A stretch of DNA of 25,539 bases, taken from positions 1 to 25,539 of the IMG/VR virus record IMGVR_UViG_3300040801_005248; one strand, written 5' to 3'. Of this stretch, positions 19,592-25,539 are shown in pieces. The DNA is from a virus. A program made the translations under genes and the position numbers. Numbering within the stretch: the stretch's first letter is position 1; each line of letters begins with the position of its first letter. The notes beneath the pieces were generated by a model. It was not told the DNA's origin and did not search any database. It was given only the letters and a program-made list of their open reading frames with translations.

Positions 19592-20882
19592 TACCTCCTA
19601 AAATTTCCTGTATTTTTTCTTCGCCCAAAACCTCACCGGCGAATTTGAAACTTAATCGAATGGCCGTCTCGTCATCAATCCAGCCATTTTCTTTCATTGT
19701 CGCAAACGCCGCCACAATAGTACTGGCGGCATTAGCCAGGCTCTCATTATCTTGCCGACTAATATCCGGCACAGCCACATGCACCGGATAACTGTCCCGT
19801 CTTGGAGCCAGGCCCAGCGCCGCCTTGCACTCATACGCCCGGCGAACGACGTCGGCCACAATGGAACGTATCTCATTCTGCCTCATTCTGTAATGCCGCC
19901 GCGTGGGATCGCCCATCTCCGCCGCCGTGCTACGATTGGCCGAACTGCCCTCACTCAGAAAATGCAAAGGAACATTGGCCCCAGCCGCCAGGGCCAGGCG
20001 CAACACCCGCCCGTCTGGTTCAGCATCCCAGCCCTGCACATTCATAGCCTGATAGCGCAATGTCTCCCCCTTGCCGTGGATGAACAACCCCCCGTCAATC
20101 GGAGGATTAGCCTCATACTGGGCCTGTTTGGTGGCTAAATCGCGGTCATTCTCAATCTCAATATCAACCGCCGCCATTCTTGCCCTAAGCTCATTCAAAT
20201 CAACCCGCCCATTCAACCAGGTCGTATACCGTTTGGCCCAGGGCAAAACCGGCCCCAAATCGCCTTGCCCCCTTGTCCGCCCCACCACCCGATTGATTTT
20301 GTAATGCAATAAAACCGGTTCGCCCGGCTCTGCTGTGTGCACCGAAGCCCACAGCCGCCCCCCAATTTCGTCCTCGTCTCCCTCAACGTCCAACACCTGC
20401 GCCACCTGACGATAGCCAAGATGCTTTTCGTAATCCTGCGGGTCGGTCAGCACCCGTTCAATCTGCGTGGCCGGCAATTCCCGAATGTAACACATCCCCG
20501 ACACCGCGTCTGGAAATAAAGCCACAAAAATCTCACCACTGCGGGTCAACTCGTCACACCAGGCCGGAAGCCGCTGAACCAGCCTGTTTTCGTCATGGTC
20601 GGCAAACTCACGCACAAACTGCCCAAACTCCCCTTCTTCAGCGGAAACGGTCATTGTATCGCCGATAACATAAGCCGTAGTCAGGCGCACAATCTGCCGG
20701 ATGAGGAAATTCCTGTCCCAGGCTTCCAGGGCGTCCGTCAAATCCTCATAGTGATCAGCCCAGGCCCTATCGCTGGGGCCATCGCCCGCATAGCTCACCG
20801 GTTGCCAACCAGGGTGGTTATCATCTACCAACACATTCAGGGCCAGCATCAGCCGCCCCCACCACTGCTTAAGCACACTCAT
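19560..20882 (-). CDS. Portal protein (440 aa)
   Basis: Size, an acidic C-terminus and the position between TerL and the capsid gene. ATGA coupling to the upstream gene. Confidence 0.7.
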   Translation of the reverse strand: MSVLKQWWGRLMLALNVLVDDNHPGWQPVSYAGDGPSDRAWADHYEDLTDALEAWDRNFLIRQIVRLTTAYVIGDTMTVSAEEGEFGQFVREFADHDENRLVQRLPAWCDELTRSGEIFVALFPDAVSGMCYIRELPATQIERVLTDPQDYEKHLGYRQVAQVLDVEGDEDEIGGRLWASVHTAEPGEPVLLHYKINRVVGRTRGQGDLGPVLPWAKRYTTWLNGRVDLNELRARMAAVDIEIENDRDLATKQAQYEANPPIDGGLFIHGKGETLRYQAMNVQGWDAEPDGRVLRLALAAGANVPLHFLSEGSSANRSTAAEMGDPTRRHYRMRQNEIRSIVADVVRRAYECKAALGLAPRRDSYPVHVAVPDISRQDNESLANAASTIVAAFATMKENGWIDDETAIRLSFKFAGEVLGEEKIQEILGGSDSGSNETPE

Positions 20883-21109
20883 AAGCCGCCCCCCCTTGTT
20901 TCTCCCGGTGGCGGGACAATCTCATCCTTTGGCCCTTGCCATTCATAATGATGGAACAGGCGAAAACAATTACACCCCCGATGCAGGGGAGGCTGAGGGC
21001 CTTTGCCTTTCCGGAAAATCCGGCCCACGTGGGGCATACAAGTCTTACAGGCCAGCGACCCATCGCTGTTTACCATTGTGTGATACTGTTCGTACTCAAT
21101 CCAGGGCAT
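20879..21109 (-). CDS. Mini MuF/SPP1-gp7-like C-terminal-motif protein (76 aa)
   Basis: DGSLACKTCMPHVGRIF....PPLHRGCNCFRLF matches the D..C..C..G...PP.H..C.C signature of head-morphogenesis proteins. Confidence 0.5.
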   Translation of the reverse strand: MPWIEYEQYHTMVNSDGSLACKTCMPHVGRIFRKGKGPQPPLHRGCNCFRLFHHYEWQGPKDEIVPPPGETRGGGL

Positions 21110-21115
21110 AACGTC

Positions 21116-21304
21116 CTACCAATCCGACACCCACTCATATTCAATAAAAACCCGATAGCAGTTACAGTTATCGTGATACGGAGGCCAATCAATCGGATCA
21201 TCCTCATAATAAGTATTGCCCACGTACTCTTCGCAAAGCTCACAAACGTGCGACCCATCCTGATTCATCTCAGAGCGTATCTCATAAACTTTTACCCACG
21301 GCAT
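21116..21304 (-). CDS. Mini MuF/SPP1-gp7-like C-terminal-motif protein, paralogue (62 aa)
   Basis: MPWVKVYE..DGSHVCELCEEYVGNTYY...WPPYHDNCNCYRVFIEYEW aligns with the neighbouring 76-aa protein (MPWIEYEQ..DGSLACKTC..PPLHRGCNCFRLFHHYEW). Confidence 0.5.
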   Translation of the reverse strand: MPWVKVYEIRSEMNQDGSHVCELCEEYVGNTYYEDDPIDWPPYHDNCNCYRVFIEYEWVSDW

Positions 21305-21337
21305 AAGCAACCTACTAACTACCGACTACTGATTTTA

Positions 21338-21498
21338 ACCTCCCCCCCCACCCCCTCTACCACCACAGAACCCCCGCCCCCCTTGCAGGAAACCAGAAAC
21401 CAGAACTAAAACCAGAAACTTCAAGCTAAACCGCAACATCCAGCGAAGGAACAAGGACACACAGCCAAGACACAGCCGACAGAGCCGACACAGCCAGG
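21338..21498 (-). repeat. Composite intergenic element, copy B
   Basis: Same two conserved blocks as copy A, in the same orientation, directly after the TerL stop (TAG 21499-21501). Confidence 0.9.
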
Positions 21499-23055
21499 CT
21501 ACTGCCAGCTATCCCGCCGACGCTGAGGCCGCACAACCACGCTGGCCCCAGAGCCGAAGAACAACTTGGCATCAAGGCGAAGTTGCTCCACATAGCCGAC
21601 CAGAGCCGCCGACAACAGCCGGTCATCGTGCACATCAACCACCGAACCATCAGACAAGACGTGCTTCTGCCCCGCTCGCACCGACCAGCGTAAACCGCGC
21701 TCAATCGGGTAGCCTTCGGCCAGCTCATAGCCGCAGTACTCGGCCTGTAGGAGAAACCACCACACATCAGACAATTCAGCCGCCACCGCCGAAGCCTCGG
21801 CGAAATACCGGAAACGGCCAGTCTCAATCAAGCTCAGGAAGGCATTGCCCAGCCACGCCTTGCCCTGCTGCTTACTAAAGTCGAATGGCCAGACCTTGCC
21901 CTGAAATCTTTCGCTCAGCGCGTCAGACAATCCTTGCCCCACGCCCGAAGCATCCACCACCACCGCCGCCGGTCGCCACCGATCCAGGAGCGACACCAAG
22001 CGAGTGAACAACGCTGGCCGCCCCGGATGATCCTCAAAATGCCGACTGCCCTGGTCAGTGAACACGTCCACCGCTTCATACCGTGGCCCCAAATCATCTC
22101 CCTCAGTCACCCGGACAATGGTCAGCACCGTATAATCACGCCCAGGGTTGACCAACTCCGCAAACTGCGACGTCGCCGCCTCGTCCTGACCGCCGACATC
22201 CAGGAGCGCGACATACGCTTCCCCGGCCACCGGGCCAGCCAGCCGAGCATGCGCCCCGGCCATCAGCCCACGCCGCCGCGCCGGGAACAAGCCCGCCGCC
22301 GTGTCCACCGGCTCATTGAATAATTCAGTCTTAACCGACGGATGTTCCCGCCCTTTTAGGCGCACCTGGTTGGCCACAAACTCGCCATAATGCGGATTTT
22401 CCAGGGCCACATCATCCGGGCCGACAATGAACACCCGTTTAATACCATCTTCTAACGTCAGGCGTTCCAGGCGAGACTTAACCGTCCACAGATAATCGCT
22501 GGTTGTGCGCACCGTCCCTACAAATAGAGCCGTGGCATTGGCCGAAGCCCGCATTGGCGTGAATCGCCGTTCAATCGTTGGTTCGTGCTGGTCTTGAACC
22601 TCGTTGATAATCAAAAGCAAATTGGCCGTTGCCCCCTCGCTTTTCGCCTGCGGGTTACCAGAGAAAAACGCGACCTGCGCTTTGCCCAAGCCCCGGCGAA
22701 TCGGTTTCCGGCCCGACCATTGCCGCCCCCCGGAAAAAATATTATCAAGCCGGTAATCCAACCGAGTAGTACCCGTCGAAATTTGGCTACTGCTGGGATA
22801 GACGTGGACAACACCCGCTTCTACCCGCTGAAACAAGGCCAACAGATAGGCGCATAACTGCCCAATCGCTTCATCTTTCCCACTTTGCCGAGGAAACACC
22901 CACAAAAACTCAAGCCCCCGCTTATGCAGACAGGAATCAACAACAGCATCCACCGGCCCCAGCTGATAATCGCGTAAGGGATAGCCAATCACCACCGCCG
23001 AGTACAGCCGGGCGGATTTTAAGACCCGCTTAATTTTTGAAAGAGCGTCAACCAT
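21499..23055 (-). CDS. terL: Terminase large subunit (518 aa)
   Basis: Walker A-like FPRQSGKDEA, Walker B-like LLLIINEVQD, and a C-terminal nuclease-length domain. Position is upstream of portal. Confidence 0.85.
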   Translation of the reverse strand: MVDALSKIKRVLKSARLYSAVVIGYPLRDYQLGPVDAVVDSCLHKRGLEFLWVFPRQSGKDEAIGQLCAYLLALFQRVEAGVVHVYPSSSQISTGTTRLDYRLDNIFSGGRQWSGRKPIRRGLGKAQVAFFSGNPQAKSEGATANLLLIINEVQDQHEPTIERRFTPMRASANATALFVGTVRTTSDYLWTVKSRLERLTLEDGIKRVFIVGPDDVALENPHYGEFVANQVRLKGREHPSVKTELFNEPVDTAAGLFPARRRGLMAGAHARLAGPVAGEAYVALLDVGGQDEAATSQFAELVNPGRDYTVLTIVRVTEGDDLGPRYEAVDVFTDQGSRHFEDHPGRPALFTRLVSLLDRWRPAAVVVDASGVGQGLSDALSERFQGKVWPFDFSKQQGKAWLGNAFLSLIETGRFRYFAEASAVAAELSDVWWFLLQAEYCGYELAEGYPIERGLRWSVRAGQKHVLSDGSVVDVHDDRLLSAALVGYVEQLRLDAKLFFGSGASVVVRPQRRRDSWQ

Positions 23056-23168
23056 AAAAATAGAACCATCAGCGCATCACGTACAATGACGGCGAGTAAG
23101 GCCAGGAACAGAAATCGTACCGAGCGTTCCAGCCGCCGTAATCTAAATTGTAACCAGGTCGAGTCCAT
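23019..23168 (-). CDS. Possible small TM protein (49 aa) overlapping the terL start
   Basis: ATG 23168 lies 4 nt after the upstream stop. One hydrophobic helix (FLFLALLAVIV). It overlaps terL by 37 nt. It fills an otherwise empty 117-nt gap. Confidence 0.3.
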   Translation of the reverse strand: MDSTWLQFRLRRLERSVRFLFLALLAVIVRDALMVLFLWLTLFQKLSGS

Positions 23169-23172
23169 CCCA

Positions 23173-23487
23173 TCACCGTAACCACTCCAAATAAGTCCCC
23201 AAATCATCTCCCAAGTACCAGGCCACCGCCGAGGCCAATATCAGACCCAAAAGCCGGATTAAAAACGTCAGCGCCGAGCCTGCCCAGGCTGAGCCGCCCT
23301 GCTCAGGCTCAGCCGCCTTGCCCTGCTCAGCCGAGCCAGAAGGAGCTTGGCTGTCCCTATCCGAATCGCCCGGCGCATCGAGCTCAGGAGCCTGATTGCG
23401 CTGACGCGCATCAGGGGCCGGATTGCGCTGACGCGCAACCGGCCACCGGCTGAGCGCCGCCCTAAATCGTTTCTCACCATCGCCCAT
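23173..23487 (-). CDS. Hypothetical protein with C-terminal TM helix (104 aa)
   Basis: ATG 23487 lies 2 nt after the TerS-like stop. Internal near-repeat ARQRNPAPD/ARQRNQAPE. Confidence 0.55.
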   Translation of the reverse strand: MGDGEKRFRAALSRWPVARQRNPAPDARQRNQAPELDAPGDSDRDSQAPSGSAEQGKAAEPEQGGSAWAGSALTFLIRLLGLILASAVAWYLGDDLGTYLEWLR

Positions 23488-23489
23488 TG

Positions 23490-23948
23490 TCACAAATCCC
23501 ACTCAGACCCAAGCTCAGAATTGACCTCATCAAACAACGTCCCCAACGCCCCCAGCAGTCCATCAGCCGCATCCCCGCTTAAAGCCCGTTGGTCACGCAA
23601 TAGTCTCCCGATTCGGCTGGCGTTTTGGCCGTGGAGCGTCAGCAGTTTAATCATATCGGCCAGCTCTACGCCGCCCTGACTGCTCTTCTCCTGAATATAG
23701 GCACTCAACTGAGCCTGCCGATTGAAAACATCCTCCAACACATCGCCGATATCGTTCAATTCCATAGTTGGAGCCGAGTAATAGCCGTGCTTTTCGGCGT
23801 TGCTATTGCCCTCCGGTGCGCCAACCAGTGCGCCGCCATGAGAAGCGCATCGAGGCGGGCTTGAGCCACGCATAGACCAAGCCTTGCATTGTCGGCCATC
23901 ATTCGGATACCGATATTCGCATTTCCGAGAAACGTAAGCGGAGCACAT
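23490..23948 (-). CDS. Terminase small subunit-like protein (152 aa)
   Basis: N-terminal 4-Cys module plus HGGALVGAPEGNSNAEKHGYYS (the GN.NA.KHG.Y motif common in small terminases). First large gene of the late operon, upstream of terL. Confidence 0.45.
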   Translation of the reverse strand: MCSAYVSRKCEYRYPNDGRQCKAWSMRGSSPPRCASHGGALVGAPEGNSNAEKHGYYSAPTMELNDIGDVLEDVFNRQAQLSAYIQEKSSQGGVELADMIKLLTLHGQNASRIGRLLRDQRALSGDAADGLLGALGTLFDEVNSELGSEWDL

Positions 23949-24024
23949 AGGTATACATCTCCAACGCCAACCAATAGGTGAGCAAAAGCACGGCTAAAAA
24001 AATCCCTGTGGCTGGCTGTTTCAT
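23899..24024 (-). CDS. Possible 41-aa TM peptide at the head of the late operon
   Basis: GGGAG lies 5 nt upstream of ATG 24024, directly after the terminator U-run. Sequence MKQPATGIFLAVLLLTYWLAL... It overlaps the TerS-like start by 50 nt in another frame. Confidence 0.3.
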   Translation of the reverse strand: MKQPATGIFLAVLLLTYWLALEMYTYVLRLRFSEMRISVSE

Positions 24025-24034
24025 TGATACTCCC

Positions 24035-24075
24035 AAAAAAAAAGGGGGCGACATCGTAAAACCGACGCCGCCCCC
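24035..24075 (-). terminator. Strong intrinsic terminator immediately upstream of the late operon
   Basis: Minus-strand RNA: GGGGGCGGCGUCG-GUUUUA-CGAUGUCGCCCCC (13 bp including 2 G.U) followed by U9. On the plus strand the two G.U positions are A.C mismatches. Confidence 0.8.
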
Positions 24076-24384
24076 ACTGTAGAGGATAAACACACAGTAA
24101 AATTATCGCACAAATGTTCGCTAAGTCAACCTCTTGTGCAACTTGACCTATAAAACCAGCTCTTCCGGAGGCTTCAGTGGCCAGATTCATTGTGCAGGTT
24201 GCCATAGATTGAATCCGGTATTTTTTTATACAGTGAATCGTCCCCCAAGTCGCCGCCTTCTCCAAACCATAAAAGCGGGATGCCCTTGCTGGCTACGTGG
24301 CGGGCGGTCAGAGGGGGGCTGTTTTTTTCCGAGGCTTCACCTTTGGCCGAGGGTGGATGCCTTTGGCGCGGGCTTGTGCCCGGC

Positions 24385-24412
24385 GTGGATGCGGCAAAAA
24401 ACGCCGCTCCAC
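24385..24412 (+). other. A-loop hairpin a (GTGGA-t-GCGGC AAAAAAC GCCGC TCCAC)
   Basis: 10 bp with one bulge and a 7-nt A-rich loop. Confidence 0.6.
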
Positions 24413-24468
24413 CACGCCTAGAAGCTACCAGCACCCAGCACCTGCGCCGAGTTGTGCCCCGGCGCTCA

Positions 24469-24485
24469 GGCCGAAAAACACGGCC
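24469..24485 (+). other. A-loop hairpin b (GGCCG AAAAACA CGGCC)
   Basis: 5-bp perfect stem and 7-nt A-rich loop. A GCGCCG/CGGCGC hairpin (24444-24465) lies just upstream. Confidence 0.6.
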
Positions 24486-24533
24486 TCAACGCCGGAGCGA
24501 AGCCTATCAATGGCCGAGGGTGGGCGGCATACG

Positions 24534-24550
24534 CTGGCAAAAACAGCCAG
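24534..24550 (+). other. A-loop hairpin c (CTGGC AAAAACA GCCAG)
   Basis: 5-bp perfect stem with a loop identical to hairpin b. Confidence 0.6.
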
Positions 24551-24620
24551 ACGCAAGCCGCAGGGGAGTAGCTTCGCCCTTCCGGCAGGCTTTGCCCATC
24601 TCGACCTCGGTTCAGTTTAG

Positions 24621-24714
24621 TTTTTTTTGGCGGGCGGGGCGGTAACATCCCCAGCCCCAACTCCCTTAACCCGAATCGCCTTACAGACCGCGCCTAACCG
24701 CCCGCCAAAAAAAA
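24621..24714. other. Long-range perfect 17-bp helix I (T8GGCGGGCGG / CCGCCCGCCA8)
   Basis: 24621-24637 pairs with 24698-24714, all Watson-Crick. 4-5 further pairs follow after a TAA bulge. Confidence 0.75.
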
Positions 24715-24715
24715 C

Positions 24716-24777
24716 GCAGGCAAGCAAAAGCCTTGGCTAGATAAAAAAAAGCCTCCGCCCGGCTTTTGCTTGCCTGC
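24716..24777. other. Perfect 17-bp helix II (GCAGGCAAGCAAAAGCC / GGCTTTTGCTTGCCTGC)
   Basis: 24716-24732 pairs with 24761-24777. The 28-nt loop contains A8. It starts 1 nt after helix I ends. Confidence 0.75.
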
Positions 24778-24897
24778 ATCCGTCAAAAACTCCGCTCCTC
24801 CCCTCCCCTTTTTTTTGTGCAAGTTCCCGGAGGGATGCCGCACTTTTCTTGTCTGGCAATTTCATTTGCAGAACAACCGAGTCTGCACTTGTGGGCC

Positions 24898-24931
24898 GCA
24901 ATTTTTTAAGCACGTTAGCTTAAAAAATTGC
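24898..24931. promoter_or_regulatory. 14-bp perfect inverted repeat, operator candidate
   Basis: GCAATTTTTTAAGC-acgtta-GCTTAAAAAATTGC, 38 bp upstream of the -35 of the candidate early promoter. A second palindrome TTTTGCC-AA-GGCAAAA lies at 24950-24965. Confidence 0.55.
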
Positions 24932-24968
24932 TTGTTGTGCCATAGAAACTTTTGCCAAGGCAAAACCA

Positions 24969-24997
24969 TTGCCAGCCTGCGAAAAAGCGCGGCTAAT
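24969..24997 (+). promoter_or_regulatory. Candidate sigma70-like rightward early promoter
   Basis: TTGCCA (24969-24974), a 17-nt spacer, then GCTAAT (24992-24997), 61 nt upstream of ATG 25058. Confidence 0.4.
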
Positions 24998-25057
24998 TCA
25001 CTTTTTAAAAACAAAGTCGGCTTTTGCCGCCACCACCATCATTTTAAGGAGTTTACC

Positions 25058-25309
25058 ATGCTACACCCACAAAATTTTCGTCAAGTCTCAGGCTCTGCCG
25101 TCGGCCACCGCGCCCAGCGCTGGCACGTGGGCCGCTCGTCTCGCTCATTCACCGGGCACGTAGTCCGGGCCCTTTTCACCAACCACGCCCATGCCGCCGC
25201 TTTTGCCCGCTCCGCCTCCGCCCGCCTAGGGCGCTCGGTTTCCATCCGTCGTTACAAAGGCGGCTGGCTTGTGTCTGTGCCCGTCCAGGCTCGCAAGGTG
25301 GTGTCATAA
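25058..25309 (+). CDS. Arg-rich basic small protein (83 aa)
   Basis: AAGGAG lies 5 nt upstream of ATG 25058. 12 Arg in 83 aa. The C-terminal region reads AAAFARSASARLGRSVSIRRYKGGWLVSVP. The long upstream ORF extension from 24770 has no support. Confidence 0.65.
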   Translation: MLHPQNFRQVSGSAVGHRAQRWHVGRSSRSFTGHVVRALFTNHAHAAAFARSASARLGRSVSIRRYKGGWLVSVPVQARKVVS

Positions 25310-25539
25310 TGCTCATCGGTGTTACTGGTTCTCGCCGTTTCCAGCCTCGTCCCGTCGTTGGCGCTGTCCTGCGTGCGCTCCAGCCCTCGTCCGTGTTCGT
25401 TGGCTGCGCCCGTGGCGCAGATAAAGCCGTTCGCCAAGCCTTTCCCTCGGCTCGCGTGTTTCGCGCCGCTGGCCCCCTGCCCCATCAGCTTGTAGCGCGC
25501 TCCGTATCACTGGTTCATGCCGTGGCCGCTGGCTCTGGC
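25309..25539 (+). CDS. DprA/SLOG-like Rossmann-fold protein, 5' part (continues at 118-393)
   Basis: ATG 25309 overlaps the upstream TAA (TAATG). MLIGVTGSRRF...VGCARGADKAVRQAF. It is in frame with ORF 34-393 across the repeat. Confidence 0.5.
   Translation, partial: MLIGVTGSRRFQPRPVVGAVLRALQPSSVFVGCARGADKAVRQAFPSARVFRAAGPLPHQLVARSVSLVHAVAAGSG
25423..25539. repeat. Terminal direct repeat, identical to 1-117
   Basis: Same comparison. This is either an assembler overlap of a circular molecule or a physical terminal redundancy. Confidence 0.97.

Larger units (their letters stand above)
1..25422. mobile_element. Complete circular temperate tailed-phage genome (unique length 25,422 bp)
   Basis: 117-bp terminal identity closes the contig. 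It has a packaging/head/tail module (TerS-like, TerL, portal, capsid, tail proteins), integrase + excisionase + tRNA-derived attP, and an initiator + iterons. Confidence 0.8.

Noticed and set aside
14347-21498. Element copies A/B as a diversity-generating retroelement TR/VR pair
   Set aside because: No reverse transcriptase gene exists in the genome. Both copies are intergenic rather than at the 3' end of a target gene. The three substitutions in the conserved blocks (a/g, c/a, a/g) do not show the uniform adenine-specific pattern of DGR mutagenesis.
23756-24660. ORFs 23756-24265 (-), 24134-24421 (+), 24174-24434 (-), 24280-24645 (+), 24297-24620 (+) and 24466-24660 (-)
   Set aside because: They mutually overlap on both strands and have no SD. 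Their products are Arg/Pro/Gly/Ala-rich strings. They cross the terminator and the hairpin family. The pattern fits GC-rich non-coding DNA, not genes.
24682-24778. 32-aa minus-strand ORF (ATG ~24778 to stop ~24682) downstream of the GGGGAGGGGAGGAG purine tract
   Set aside because: It lies entirely within helices I and II. Its codons are dictated by the inverted repeats (F/A/K/R runs), and the SD-like tract is part of a longer polypurine run. Coordinates are approximate and given in sense order on the minus strand.

Overview
This window is a complete, circularly closed temperate tailed-phage genome of about 25.4 kb. Bases 1-117 are identical to 25423-25539, giving a unique length of 25,422 bp. 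One gene (ATG 25309) reads across that junction into 118-393. Layout: (1) A rightward early operon runs 25058 -> junction -> 3733 and ends at a bidirectional terminator at 3783-3816. It encodes an Arg-rich 83-aa protein, a DprA/SLOG-like protein, a J-domain protein, a SWIM zinc-finger protein and zinc-ribbon proteins. (2) A leftward early/replication operon runs 10098 -> 4004. It carries a DnaA-N-like initiator, a palindromic iteron array, membrane proteins, a 4x zinc-ribbon protein and a DEDDh exonuclease. (3) A tyrosine integrase (10145-11041) is followed by an attP carrying the 3' half of a tRNA(CAU), then an excisionase. (4) A visibly AT-richer two-gene moron has its own promoter and terminator (11465-11993). 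(5) A leftward late operon runs ~24024 -> 12122. It encodes a TerS-like protein, TerL, two mini MuF-like proteins, portal, a 673-aa capsid fusion, small virion proteins, a DNRLRE-domain tailspike-like protein and a 564-aa tail protein. No tape measure, DNA polymerase, recognisable endolysin or CI-type repressor is visible. A short-tailed phage replicated by host enzymes is the simplest reading. The unusual part is the non-coding architecture. About 1.1 kb (23949-25057) and 0.6 kb (394-1001) of hairpin-dense DNA without credible ORFs bracket a two-gene island. A strong minus-strand intrinsic terminator sits directly in front of the late operon. There is a family of 5-bp hairpins with A-rich loops and covarying stems, and two abutting perfect 17-bp helices. 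A composite intergenic element of ~160-190 nt occurs twice in the late operon and is G-quadruplex-prone on the sense strand. At least six intergenic spacers are built from heptanucleotide-type tandem repeats that put stop codons in all three frames; three of them fold into long hairpins. The host is unknown. All functional calls rest on motifs read by eye; no database search was possible.
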